A stretch of 64,000 bases of DNA from Lama glama. Its lineage: Eukaryota. A program made the position numbers and the translations under genes. Location of the stretch: NCBI GenBank assembly GCA_028534125.1, contig CM052816.1, positions 12,154,001 through 12,218,000 on the forward strand. Reading direction: 5' to 3'. This document shows positions 25,600-38,499 of this stretch, piece by piece. The notes below the pieces were generated by a model. The model did not search any database. It was given only the letters and a program-made list of their open reading frames with translations, and was not told where the DNA came from. Positions within the stretch are counted from its first letter, which is position 1; every line of letters starts with the position of its first letter.

Positions 25600-25860
25600 G
25601 GAGCAGGATGGCATCCAAGAAAGAGCATAGAACTAGCAGACGGGAGAGGAACTGATTAAAACACTGTGAAGTTAACCAGACGAATCTGTATTCTGATTCT
25701 TCCACTTAATTTCTGGGTACAGGCCCTATGTTTCCATTTTGGTATCTGTAAACTGGATAATGACACTAACTCCTAAGTTTTAGCATCAAATGAGATAATA
25801 TATAAAAAGTGTTATTTCACATGGTGCATTTATAGTGACCACTCATAAATGATAGCTCCT
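25600..25860 (+). mobile_element. MIR SINE
   Basis: 'ggagcaggatggcatccaagaaagagcatagaact...atctgtaaactggataatgacac...caaatgagataat...cactcataaatgatagc'. Confidence 0.65.
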
Positions 25861-26489
25861 AGTCTTAGTAGACTTAATTGTGTCATTAACCAGCAATGTG
25901 ATCTCTGCCCATTGGTAACAGTAACAGATTAATAAATTCTTAATTTGGGCCAGTGTCTATACTGAAATGTTTATCTGGGTTAAATCAACATAAAATTAAA
26001 ATTTTCAGTATAAACACAATTCCTCTCCTTGTTCAGGTGGAGAAAAATCAAGGCTAAAAATTAAGCAGCTGAAGCTAGGTGACAGGTCAAGTTTGACTGA
26101 CATCAAAATCTTTAATCCAGGCTACATGTTAGAGCCTATGTATTTATCCCTGTACTTCCCACTTATAAAAACAGAGAGAAGAGAAAAACTGCAGCAGACA
26201 GTGAGTCCTCCCTGTAAGACGAACAGGAAAGAGGAGGAGTCTGGAACTTAATGTCTATTCCACATGTGTCTAACACAGTGCTAAACTGTTTTACATGTAC
26301 AATGCAATTAATTCTCACTAAAATCCTTAAGTCATTACATCTATTTTAAACGATAAGATAGTATTCACATCCACTTCAAGAAAAAATCTACTGACAACAG
26401 AATTAAGATCTGCTGAAAACTCCAGGAATGAAGTCATTTTCTTCAACTCTTTGTCACAGAATTTAATGATTAATATCTCCATTATTTTT

Positions 26490-27560
26490 AACACTTTTAT
26501 ATGTACTTATTCCCCAAAATATAAAGCAGTATTTAGTATATTTTAACTTCCACACATGGCATTATATTTCATTCTTCAAAAAATTTTTCACTGACGTATA
26601 CTATGATATTCACCCATTTTGATATTCTAGTTCCTTCAGTTTCACTAGTGTGTTATTCGATTTTAATAAAACATCACATTTATCTAATCAATTTTAAGAA
26701 AACACCACAGTTTATTTAACTACTTTTTCCCTGTTGAGGCTTTTATCTACACTACTACACACAGCATCTCTCTCTTCATGTTATCTATATACTGCACAAG
26801 TGCCCATGTGTAAATCTGCAGGACTTTCTTTAGAATCTATACCTAAGAACTGAATAGCCATGTGGGCAATGTATATTTTCAACCATTCTAGGTATTGCCA
26901 AATGTTTCACTCCTTCAACTTTTCTAGTATTGCCAAATTGTTTCCACAATAGGTATACTAATGGATTAAGGTTTCTTTTGCTCTAAATTGACATTATCAA
27001 ACTTTGACATTTTTGCAAATCTGATGCGTATACAATAGAATTTAACTGTATTTAAATGTCATTTCACTTGTTACTGGTGAAGTGGAGTACATTTTCTCAT
27101 GTTTATTAGGTAGCCAAGGTTTTTCCTCCTCTACACTTCTGTTCTTACATTTGTCCTTCTTGTCATCAGGCTATCACATTTTTTCCTATCAATATGTTGG
27201 GGTTGTTTTTATCCTGGACATCTATATCTTTTGTTAGTCATTTGTATTGTTAATATCTTCTCCCAGTCTTTGGATTTCTTTCTTCCTCTCTTTTTAAAAC
27301 TAATTGTTTAGTAAACTTTTTTGGTAACATTGAAATTTATAAAACTTTACATTATGGTTTGTGCTTCCTGTATGTATTTTAAAGTTATTTTCTATCTAAA
27401 GGTCATAAAGATTATTTCCCATATTTTCTTCCTAAAAATACTAAAGTATGATTTTCATACTTAGGTCTACAATCACCACAGAAATAATCTGGGGATATAA
27501 TATGGGTCAGTAATCCTATATTATTTACTTTCACGTGGGTTTTAAATTCTCACACTACCA
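26490..27560 (-). mobile_element. L1ME-like fragment (~1.1 kb)
   Basis: Antisense L1 motifs 'ctaggtattgccaaa', 'ttttgcaaatctgatg', 'aatatcttctcccagtct', 'ttcatacttaggtct'. Confidence 0.75.
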
Positions 27561-27564
27561 ATTT

Positions 27565-27730
27565 ACACCTATTATCCTCAGAGCAAACTTATGAGGTAGA
27601 TACTAATATAGTTTCAAATTAATTGATACAGAAACAAACTTGGAGGCTCAGTAGCCCAAACAATGTCCACAGCTAGTAAATGATGGGGCATGATTTTCAC
27701 GTGGTAATCTGGCTCCTGGAGCCATGCACA
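27565..27730 (-). mobile_element. MIR SINE
   Basis: 'cctcagagcaaacttatgaggtagatact...cacagctagtaaatgatgggg...tctggctcctggagcc'. Confidence 0.7.
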
Positions 27731-28039
27731 ATGGAAAAACTCCTATCTGGCCCAGGATTTCCACAACAAAGGAAATAGAAGCTGAGTATGGACTGAAAGA
27801 GCATCAAAGAAGTGAAACTCCCTGCTTCACAACAGAGCTGTTGGAGAATGCTTTCCGTTTTAGTGCCTGACGTGTTGCCCTCTACTCAGACTGCTTTGTA
27901 TTTGGTGAGATTAGACAGTTGAAAGCAATGGATTCAATTAATTAATTCAATTAGTCAATGAGTTAACTCATCTATTAACTATAACAAGTAGTCCACTGAA
28001 TAATTCAATTAATCAGTTGATTCAATTAAAGACTAATGA

Positions 28040-28620
28040 TCTAGGCCCTGACGTTGTTTAATGTACCTGGCTGGCGCTTGTATTCACTGACTTGCAACGT
28101 AAGGAATGCCTAACTAGATAAGCACAGTTCAGTCTGTCAGATGTAAAGAACAGTGAGTACACTGGGTGCTACAGATCATAGTCAAAGGGCATCTGTGTTA
28201 GGTGAGGTAGGAGGGTAGCGGAAGGCACTTTCAGACAGGTCCTCCTGAAGGAGATGTTTTGTGAGCTACGATTATGTGATGAGGAAAAATTCATCAGACA
28301 GGCTGGAGCTCAATTCCAGGCAAAGGAAACAGCAGAAGCAAAGACACATGGATGATGATCAGCAGAAAGTATTCCTGGGACTTCACCAGCCTTTCAGTAC
28401 TGTTGAATTGCTAAAAATATGAGTGAGGGTTCAAGGTGAGGCCAGGGCCGTAAACAAGAGCAAAATGTAGAAGAACACCGTATTTATCATGACAAGGACA
28501 TCATATTTTATCTCAAGGCCAATGAGAAACATCACTGCATGATGTAAACAGAAGGGTGGTTTTTATCACATGGCAGCAGAGAGAGCAATTGGGACGCTGT
28601 TGCAATGCTGCATGTGAGAC
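28040..28620 (-). mobile_element. L2 fragment
   Basis: 'cctcctgaaggagatg', 'attccaggcaaaggaaacagcagaagcaaagac', 'ttttatctcaaggccaatgagaa'. Confidence 0.65.
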
Positions 28621-28884
28621 AGCAGGCATCTGACCCCTGTTTGCAGGGTTGCAAAAATCATCATTATCACAGTTTACACAAGCGAGTTACAGGCTGCTGG
28701 GCCCTCTGTGTAGCCCCAACTTTGGAGCCTGTCAGGATCTTTTGGAAATGTTTATTTGTATACCTGACTTTCCCCTCAAAGAAGTGAGTGCCTAGAAGAC
28801 AGAGAAATATCTCAACTACCTTTGGACCTAACTTACACCATTCAACTCCCCTCTCCCGTTATCTCCATTTATCCTCCCTGCGCA

Positions 28885-29375
28885 GGTAGCAAAAACCAAA
28901 ACCAAAACCAAAACAAAAAAAAATCACAAGGAGGTAATTTGAGGGATCTGATACAGGGCTGATTGACAGAGTGTAAGAAAGCCACAAATCACAGTACAGT
29001 ACCTCAGGGTCAGCAACATCGAGGACAGTCACCACTTCCAGTCCTGAAGGGACAAGAAGAGGATGTGTAACAGAACCCAGGGAGAGAGGGAGAGTTGGGT
29101 GGAGAGGGTGCCTCTTTGGACTTGTGACACTGGTCAGGAAGTAAGCCAGACTCCACGGGCTCTGCCAGAGGGAATCTAGCATAGGAACATCCCCATTGCA
29201 CTCATCTCCCTCCCTCCAGTACACCGTCAGCGCCCACTCCTGTCAAAGCCAACACAAAGCTGAAGTGCCAGGGAGCTTAACGCCACCTACACGGGTCAGC
29301 CTCGGCCTCAGAGGCACAGGCACCGGGGAAGAGAGGAGGGTCAGTCTGGATGTGCTGGGAGGTATGCCCTCCACA
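28885..29375 (-). mobile_element. Ancient ERV-class solo LTR (subfamily uncertain)
   Basis: GC-richer block 'cagtacctcagggtcagcaac...cctgaagggacaagaagagg...ggtcagcctc...' resembling old eutherian LTRs. Confidence 0.55.
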
Positions 29376-31442
29376 AACATACTTTGATGCAAGTGAAAAC
29401 TGTTTATAATACAAATGCAACTCAAGCCCAAGTCCTGCTCTCTTCCAGCCAGAGTCCAACCCCTGAGCACCTGTTCATACAGAAATTCTGGATCCAGCAC
29501 TGCTGGTAGTCCCAACATTCAATACGGAGAGAGTTCATTAAACATATGCTTAGGCAATTTTTATATTACAGGGACACAGAAATATAATTTGCCTTCTTTC
29601 ATAATAAGACATCTGTATTCTTCATTTGCCTTCTTCTCTTTGCATTCTTTCTTCTTAATAATCTACCTTCTAAGGTTGTTTTTTGTTTTTTTTTTAATAT
29701 TTTACAGATGAGGAAACTGTAAGAAGAGGGAGGCTACTGGGGAGAGTTAAGGAAACCAAAGAGAGGTTTAGTGACTTGGGAATGCCACTAATCCTCATCT
29801 TGGGGTCAGGGATATACTCCAGGTCTTTAGACCCCAAATGAGCAACATTCTGTATTTCTACTGCACTGATACTGGCAATTCAGAGCAGTTGCCTGAGAGG
29901 GGAAAAAATATTTGGGGCCCATATGATTTCTGATTTAGTCTTAACTCTCAGGGTCCACTTTGGATGATACTGGGATCCACTGTGGAGCTAACTTTCAAAG
30001 CAGAAATAATGCCCTTCCTTTGAGGAATTGGCTATTCCGAAAGAAGAATGATGAATAAAGAGGTTGGTGCTAATTAAATTCTGAAAATATGGTAAATTTC
30101 CTTAACCTAAATAAATAACAGGCATTTTTTATCCTGATTTACTAAAAAAGGTCTATCATCCAAATAAATGATAGATGACTATGATGCAGCACTTTCAAGA
30201 TTCTTTTCTCATGTTTGAAAGATTAGGGTCATCACAGATAACAAATGCTACAAACAAGCCAATGAAGAAAAAGATCAATATTAAGGTTGCAAATTGAGAA
30301 AATTAAAATTCTGTATTAAGAGAAATAAAACAATGGAGTCTCTTTCCCCACTCCCCGCTCCCGATTAAGTGACTGTGTAATATGAAAACTGGAGCGGGGT
30401 ATGATGTGCAATTAGGCAATAAAAGGAAAATGAGTAATTCTGGGCAAGGAAGGGGTGATGTAGTATAGCTGGGCCAATAAAATTAGGGCTTATAGACAAA
30501 ACAATTATAAGTAATTATTTGCAGGCTAGAAGTATTTTTTTAATAATATGCTTTCCATGAAAAATTAGCATACCATAATGATAAGGCATTTTAGCAATGG
30601 TTCTACTAAGGAATAATCCAAAAATAAGAACCAGGAAGCTTAGTAACAAGTATGTCAAAGAGATAAGGTTAATGGAATTTCCAGTACTGGCTTAAAAGCA
30701 AAATGTCTATGTTGTATTTCTGCATTATTGGTAGCAGGTTCTGTTAGGCTAGGATAAAAGTACCAATAGAATGCTCATGACTTCCTTCACTGGTTAGGTA
30801 TTTGTTTCAGGAAATATTTTGTTTTGTATAACCCTTGTTTTCATTATCCTTTGTCAAACACAGTCACTAAATTTTCCCTATTTTTCCATCTTGCTTAATC
30901 CCTGTGTTTCCACACAGATAAATCTCATATAATTAGCTTGGGCTTTGGAAAACAGTGTTGCCTGGTGCACATGAAATGAAGTTTTATGCCGTGCCAGAGG
31001 AAGTTACAACCTGTTGTGGGAATAGAAATGCTTTATTGGGCGTTCCTTGCCCATGGCTAGACATGAAATGAAGAGAGAACAGAGGAAATTATTCAGTTCT
31101 GAAAATCCTTCTTCCTTATTGATAACAATAAGACTGATTATAATAATTTTCTTTTTAAAAATCAGACAAAATTTGCAATTCAGCTATGTCTCCTAAGGGT
31201 CTAGCACAGGGCTTGGCACTCATGGCTAATTGTTTTATGAAAAATCAAATATAATAGTGTCAACTCTCTGACAGCATTCAGTGATAATTTTTCTTCTTTC
31301 CTGCTGATCCAGTATCCGAATGCTATATTTTTTTGTCCTTGTTGTAAAAAAATTGGTCAGCTGCATAGATTTATTGTCCTATGGCATAAACTGAATTTTT
31401 GAGGAGCAAAATAACAAGTTAAAAAAATTAGGCACTAGTAAC

Positions 31443-32142
31443 TATGATGGTTAATTTCATGTGTTAACTTGACTGGTAATGGTGTGCCCAGATTAAACAA
31501 TATTTCTGGATGTGTCTGTAAAGGTGTTTCCAGATGAGATCAGTATTTGAATCTGTGGACTCAGTAAAGTAGATTGCTCTCCCCAGTGTGGGAGAGTACC
31601 ATTGAATCCACTGAGGGCCTGAATAAAACACAAAGTGGAAGGAAAATTTTCCCCCTTTTCCTTCCAGGCTGTCTGTCTGAGCTGGGACAAGATCTCCCTC
31701 CTCGAACTGAGATATGTGTCATTGGCTCTCCTGGTTCTCAGGCCTTCAGACTTGGGCTAGAATTACAACACCTGCTTTCCTGGGTCCCCAGCTTGCCAAT
31801 GGCTGGAGATTATGGATCTTAGCCTCCATAACTGTATAAGCCAATTTCTCAAAATAAATCTCTCAATCTCTCTTTCAATCAATATAGCTATATATTTCTG
31901 GAGAGAGAAGAGAAAGAGAATTATATATAAATAGATAACTATGCACATACAGAGTGATATTATTATATATAGATCTATATATCTAAACAGATATATATAT
32001 ATATAGGGTAAACCTATATTATAATATATATAATAGAAATACAGATTATATTTGGAGAGATATTGGCAGATATCTTTACTTATTTATACATCTGTATCTC
32101 AGTGTTATTGGCGTAGTTGCTCTGGAGAACCCTGAATAATCA
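31443..32142 (+). mobile_element. MLT2-type (ERVL) solo LTR with a TA-rich internal expansion
   Basis: Starts 'tatgatggttaatttcatgtgttaacttgactgg' and ends 'tctggagaaccctgaataatca'. TSD gtaac/ttaac. Confidence 0.9.
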
Positions 32143-32404
32143 TTAACAACCCCCACACACACATACACACAATGCAGAATGAAAAAAAAAAAGACACGAC
32201 TCAATCAATTTTTCAGCTCTTCCAAATCATGCAGAAAAAAAATATTAGTTAACAGGCTGGAGTATGTACATTTTTATCATCTGGAAATTTGGTATTAAAA
32301 AATGTATATTATGAGGTTAAAACAGAATAAATTTCAGGAAACAAGAAAGGATCTTGGCCTCAGTTATTTGACTACTACTGCTCTTTAGTGTTGATTATCT
32401 AGAT

Positions 32405-32590
32405 CAGTCACTCTCAAAGGGTGGTCCCCACCCCGGCAGCGTCAGCATCATCTTGGAACTTGTTAGAAAAGCAAACTCTTGGGCTACCTCAGGTCTCCTG
32501 AATTAGAAACTCTGGGCATGTTCCCAGCAATCTGTGTTTCACTAAGTCCTCTAGGTGATTCTAATGTGGGCTTGAGGTTGAGAACCTTTA
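32405..32590 (+). mobile_element. MER5A hAT DNA transposon, full length
   Basis: 'cagtcactctcaaagggtggtcccc...aggtgattctaatg...ttgagaacc'. TSD atctagat/atctacac fits the NTCTAGAN hAT target preference. Confidence 0.9.
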
Positions 32591-32779
32591 ATCTACACAA
32601 TCTCTCAAATTACTTGGTCTCTGTCACAATCACAGATTGTTATTTAGTAAAGCATTCGTTATTTGAAAATGTAGGGAATATAGTATTTTTGGAGGGGGTG
32701 TTCTTATGGAAATAGCAGGTATAAATGTGAGGCAAAGCATGCTTTAACCACTGGGTTATTTTACATTTCGCATTGGAGT

Positions 32780-34310
32780 GTAGACATAAATGCTGTGTCT
32801 GTTCTACTCCATCTTCTCTTAACTATCTCAGCCGGACCAATAAGAGTCCCTGCCTAAGAGTCTCCTAACGGAAACTGCAAGCAGAGAAGCTCTTTCTTCA
32901 CCGATTTCCTGAGCAAAGGGATGTGAGTTAAGAATTGCCCTCAGTCACGTTCTGTGCTATGAGGTTCTATTTATAACACTGATGTTCCCAAATCTCTCCC
33001 CAGTGCAGACTCCTTCATTGGACATTAGACTGATGGCTGCAATCCACTCATCACATCCCCCTTTATGGGTGATAGACATTGCACTCAACACATCCAACAC
33101 TGGACTCGATTTCTCCCAGCCATTTTCCTCAATCCTGCCCCTCCCTCTTCCCCATCCCTGTAAATGGCACAACCAATTACCCTCCTCATCACCCACATGC
33201 TCAGGAAAAAGCTTGTGAATCGCATAGTTTATTTCTGTCTGCGTTACCACATACAATCCATGAAGCCCTTTTCACTTTATTTTTAAAATATATCCTGAAC
33301 TGAGTAATTTCTTGCCAGGTTTACAGCTTTCACCTTAATCCAAGCCATGATAACTTCTCACTAGGCCTGAAGTGTCTACCAGCTCTCTGGTTCCTCTGCT
33401 TCCACTCTTGACCTCTTAAAGCCTGTTCTTCACTAGAGACTTTTTTTTTTTAATTAAAACTGATCCTTTCATTTTCTCCTTAAAATCTTCCAATGACTTT
33501 CTACTGAAACTAAAATAAAATCCAGACTCTACCATGGACTACTAGGCCTTGTCTATTCAACATTTACCTACTTTCCCCATGGACCTCTTTGTTCCACTCA
33601 CATCCACGCTGTCTGCCTCCACTTCCTACGCATTCTAAGGACACTTTCATTTCAGGGTCTTTACAGGTGCTGAGACTTCTTCCTGGAGTTTCCTTGCCCA
33701 GAGCTCCGAATGACTGCTTCTGTTTAGCCCTCCAGGCCTTAACTCAAACTCTAAAGAGGTCATCACTTCTTCAGAGAAGCCTCCCCTATTGAAAGTAAAT
33801 CATTCTCTTCTCCCAGTCACAGGCTATTACTTTATTCTGCATTGATTTCTTTTATACATGTATTACTCTTTGAAATTCGACTATGTATGGGTTTTCTTTA
33901 ATTTAAAATTTGCCTTGACTCCCTATAAAATGGTGTGTAGGGCATGGAGCTCTACACACACACGTACAGAGTGGATCTGAGGACTATTCTATTTCCATGC
34001 CCAGAGGTTAACCCAACATGGCACACGTATTCAGGTACTCACTACATTTTCATGCGATTAATTAAAGAAATCAATATGGGACAAGTTCAGATGCAGCAGG
34101 AAGAATTAAATTTACACGCAGACAGAGAGTAAGAGAGGAACTTGATGGTGTTCAACCTCTTGGATCCACCCTACACAAGACCTTTACTTTTCTTCCCCAT
34201 TCCACAGTTTGGCCATATAAACCAGTTAAAATAGTAAGTAAACAAAAAAGGCATAACTTAGTTGGAAATGGGTTCCTACATCTTACAACAGAAAGTTAAG
34301 AGTGACATAA
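32780..34310 (+). mobile_element. Old LTR (MLT1/LTR16-like) split by the L2 below
   Basis: 5' part 'ggaccaataagagtccc...gcagagaagctctttctt...ggatgtgagtt'. 3' part 34080-34310 ends 'gttggaaatgggttcctacatcttacaacagaaag'. Confidence 0.5.
32975..34075 (+). mobile_element. L2 (~1.1 kb 3' portion)
   Basis: Collinear L2 motifs 'cactcaacacatccaa', 'taaatggcacaacc', 'aaaatcttccaatgacttt', 'aataaaatccagactc', and the tail 'ggcacacg...aggtactca'. Confidence 0.8.
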
Positions 34311-34889
34311 TTACTTATCCATACGAGTGTTTTAGCAGTAAAGATACCTAAATTCATTCTAAATTAGTTCCTTCTTACATGAGAAAATTTATTGGGGTCC
34401 TTACAATCTTGGAGCGTGATTAACAGAAATCATTACTGCACATGATTAGAAAGGACTTAGCCAAAGCAGTGTAGAAACACCCAGCCCTAGTTTTTCCTTT
34501 GTGATGAAAAATGGAAGATTAGCTGTAGCTGCTCATCTTGGCCAATAACTACAGGCTACATTCAGCTTATTATGCAGGAACTGGTTATTGAGATTGCCAG
34601 AAGAACATTTTCTCAAACAATTAGACTGAATAAATATTCACTTCAAGTGACCACACATTGGCAGGGTCGTGGTGGCCTTTTCAAAACTAATATATTTTGC
34701 TGTCATAAAAATATTGGATTTGTTGAATTAGCAGTAATTTTTTCTGTCTAAATGGAATTATAGAAGCAAAGCAATATCCAAGTCATTCTGCACTAGTTTC
34801 TTCCATATTCTTATACTCTACTGCAAAGAGGGGGGGCTTTATTCACTAACTTCCCTCCAAACACAACGACTGAGCTATTCCAAATACCA

Positions 34890-35265
34890 AAGCTTGCTAA
34901 AGTCTTTGACCTCTTGTTGACTTCACTGTGTGGAATACCCTTCCCCCTAATTTTTCATGAATGTTTGCTGCTCATCCCTCAGGTACTGACCCAAATACTA
35001 CCTCTATTGAAAGACTTTCCTATGTATGCTAACTGTATCTTCCTGTTACTATCTGCTTTAGCTGCTTCATTCTTTTCTTTACAGAACTTGTCACAATTTG
35101 TGATTATTCTATTTATTTGTTTGCATACTTGTCCATGATCTCTTACTTTCTACTGGAAGGAAAACTTGTCCAGTAGAGCAGAGACCATTTCTATTTTATT
35201 CATCATTCTATCTCCAATAATTATCTCATAATAGGCACATCAGAAACATGTGTCTAATGAATGAT
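34890..35265 (+). mobile_element. L2 3' fragment
   Basis: 'ggaatacccttccccc...gagcagagaccatttctattttattcatc...taatgaatga'. Confidence 0.7.
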
Positions 35266-35340
35266 CCCATCCCAACTAAACCGGAAACTGAGATCAGAGA
35301 ATGAGTCCTGCAGACGACAGGGTCTGAGTCCATAACGGTC

Positions 35341-36180
35341 CCAAAATATCTGCAAATGATGCAACCGACAAGGGACTGATTTACAAAATATACAAACAGC
35401 TCATACACCTTAATTTAAAAAAAAAACCCAATCAAAAAATGGGCAGAAGACCTAAAGAGACACCTCTCCAAACAAGATAGATGGCCAACAAGCATGTGAA
35501 AAGATGCTCAATATCACTAATTATCAGAGAAATGCAAATCAAAACTACAATGAGATATCACCTCACACCAGTCAGAATGGCCATGATTAAAACATTTACA
35601 AACGATAAATGCTAGAGAAGGTATGAAGAAAAAGCAACCCTCCTACACTGTTGGTGGGAATGTAAATTGCTGCAGCCACTATGGAGGACAGTATGGAGGT
35701 TCCTTAAAAAACTAAAAATAGAGTTACCATATGATCCAGCAACCCCACCTGGGCATATGCCCGGAGAAAAATATAATTCAAAAAGACACATGCACCTCAA
35801 TGTTCACAACAGCCCTATTTACAATAGCCAAGACATGGAAACAACCCAAATGTTCATCAACAGATGACTGGATAAAGAAGATGTGGGCGGGGGGTGATTG
35901 CGCACACACACACATGATGGAATACTACTCAGCCATAAAAAAGAATAAAATAATGCCATTTGCGGCAACATAGATGGATGGACTTGGACATTGTCAATTT
36001 TGTGAAGTAAGCCAGAAAGAGAAAGAAATATGTCATATGATATCGCTTATATGTGAACTCTAAAAAAAAGGACACAAATGAACTTATCTATAAGACAGAA
36101 ATAAACTCAGACAGAGAACAAACTTATGGTTCCCAGTGGGTAAACTGGGTATGAAGGGATAAATTGGGAGTTTGAAAACT
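35341..36180 (+). mobile_element. Young L1 (ORF2 C-terminus plus partial 3' UTR)
   Basis: ORFs '[23 protein letters not shown]' and '[23 protein letters not shown]...WIKKMW...EYYSAIKKNKIMPFAAT' are L1 ORF2. Confidence 0.95.
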
Positions 36181-36335
36181 GCACCTCTTGGGGAGTGATG
36201 CAAATGAAAGCCATCTTGATTGTGGTAGTGGTTTCATTGGTGTATACATATATCAAATTCATCAAACTGTACATTTGAAATATGTGTAGTTCATTGTATA
36301 GGAACCATGCCACAATAAAGGTGTTAAAAAAAATT
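36181..36335 (+). mobile_element. Older L1M (MB/ME-like) terminal fragment
   Basis: 'tcttgattgtggtagtggtttc...atcaaattcatcaaactgtacatttgaaatatgtg...caataaag' plus A tail. Confidence 0.75.
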
Positions 36336-36699
36336 ATCTGTACGAAGGATTGGCCACCAAGTGGCATCAAAACAAAGAAGAGCCACTGTTGAGCCAGGAA
36401 CATGCAGGGTATACAGCTCTATACACTTCTCTGCAGAGAGGATCTGACTTCAGCACTACTGTACATCCAGTCCCCAGTACTACTGTATGGGGACAGTAAC
36501 CTGTGCTGTGCTTCACTGAGGATGGCTAACACTGATGAGAGGACTAGGGTCACATACTGTAGGGTTTTCTTTTCAGGAGATAAACTCTTCCCTGGGCAAA
36601 TCTTGCTGTTCTTAAAACTGCTCCAATTAGTCATTTTCAGCTAGGTAGCCATTTAAGTCAGTTCCTTATCTCTTCCTAAGAATTTCAAGCTTGATCAAT

Positions 36700-36910
36700 A
36701 AAGGACAGTGATTAAAAGTAAACTCTTGATAGCCAAAATGACTTTGGAGGCAATCCTGGCTGTGTCACTTTGGGCAAGTTATGTAAATTCTGAATTTCAA
36801 TATTCACATTTAAACGTAGGAGCAAAGAATTGTTCCTACCTTACAGGGTTACTGTGAGGATTAAATGAACAACTGAATTTAGAACTTTGCTTGGATCACG
36901 GTAAGTACTT
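36700..36910 (+). mobile_element. MIR SINE
   Basis: 'aatcctggctgtgtcactttgggcaagtta...cctaccttacagggttactgtgaggattaaatga'. Confidence 0.75.
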
Positions 36911-36959
36911 TTCTCTGCATCTAAAGCCTCTCCCTGGCTCCCCTCATCTAGTCCCAAGC

Positions 36960-37945
36960 CCTAAAATGTCAGCTCTGTGCTGGCAATGCACAGACTGCTC
37001 TCCTGAACTCCAGATTCACATAGCCACCTGGTAGGACACATCATAGCCATCTCAGGCTTACACCGTTCAAAAATGCGCTGCTGATTCCCCCACATTTCCC
37101 CCCTCCATTACCAATCTTTACAGCCTTCCTCAACTCAATAAATGACAATTTCACCTTCTAAATTGCTCAGGCCAAAAACCCTGCATTCCTACCTATCTCA
37201 CCGTCCATGTACACTCAATAGGGAAATCAGGTGATTCTTCCCCTGAAATACCCAGAATTTGACTCCTTTCCTCCACTCCACCTTCACTGCTGCAAACTAT
37301 TGTGTGAGCCTCCATCAACTTTCCTTTGCATTATCATTAAGTTTTTAACTGATTTTCTGTTTTCACCCTGGTCCTCTCTAGCCAACTCTCCAGAGAGAGA
37401 ACATTGAGATATTTCTAATTTATGAGTTAAATCGCATAGATTATTGTCTTAAATCCTCCCGATGGCTTCTCAGATCACTCGGTAAAATCCTGACTTGTCA
37501 TTATGGCTTACTAAACCACACAGGGCCCTCAGCTCCTACCAGAGCCCCCATCCGTCACCACACTCCAATCACACTGGCCTCCCTGCGGTTCTGAGGACAT
37601 GCCAAGCATGCTTCTGACCCAGGACTTTATACTTGCTCTCCCCTTGGCCTGAGATGCTTTTCACAATGCTTGTCACAGCTTCCTCTCAGCTGCACACGAC
37701 ACGCCCCGAGAAAGACCTTCTCTCACCACTTCGTATGAACTTGCTCCCGTCTCCACTCTGCCCACTTCAGTTCTCTTATAGCAATTATTGCCACCTTCTG
37801 GGCTTTATAATTCATTGTTTATTTCCTGATTTCTTCTACTAAGGTAGAAAATTCATGACAGCAAAGACATAGGAATTTTGCTTACTACAACGTCCCCAGT
37901 ACCTACAACAGTGTCTGGCGTGCAAATATTTGTTAAATAGGTATA
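36960..37945 (+). mobile_element. L2 (~1 kb 3' portion)
   Basis: 'ctctcctgaactccagattcaca', 'ttgctcaggccaaaaacc', 'cacactggcctccctgc', 'gtccccagtacctacaacagtgtctggc'. Confidence 0.85.
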
Positions 37946-38499
37946 TAAAAATCTATTCCAACATGTGCTGTTGCTTTATCCATTCACCAAAGCATACCAG
38001 ACATGATACAATCAACAGTCTGAGGAAGTTATTTAAAGGAACTGTAGGATCTTTTGAGCACTTTGGGAATTACACTAAAAAAATTTTTTTTAAATCTGTC
38101 TTTAAAAAATTAAGATCCACAATTTGTCCCAGTTCTGTCTTATCAGAACTTTCCAAGTTCAAATTCTTAAAAAAAAAATTCAAGGCATCAGGGAACTACA
38201 CCCCCAAGCACACACACATCTACACATAAAACTGGTGAAATCTTCATAGTGTTTGTGGAATTAACAGAGAAGGGAGTCATGGAAGGTTGTGTCAGAAGAA
38301 AGAGTTTTTGTTTTGGTTTTGCTTTTTAATATGTAATTCTCTTATTATTCTGTAAAAGTTAACAAGATACACAGAATGAAACTTTCCCTTTTTTAAACTA
38401 AAGTTACAAACCCTATTATCACTTACATATAAATACTATACTCTATAGCTGATCATTATTTAGGTGTATAACTCCAAGAGTTAGCTCTCTAATGGTTAA

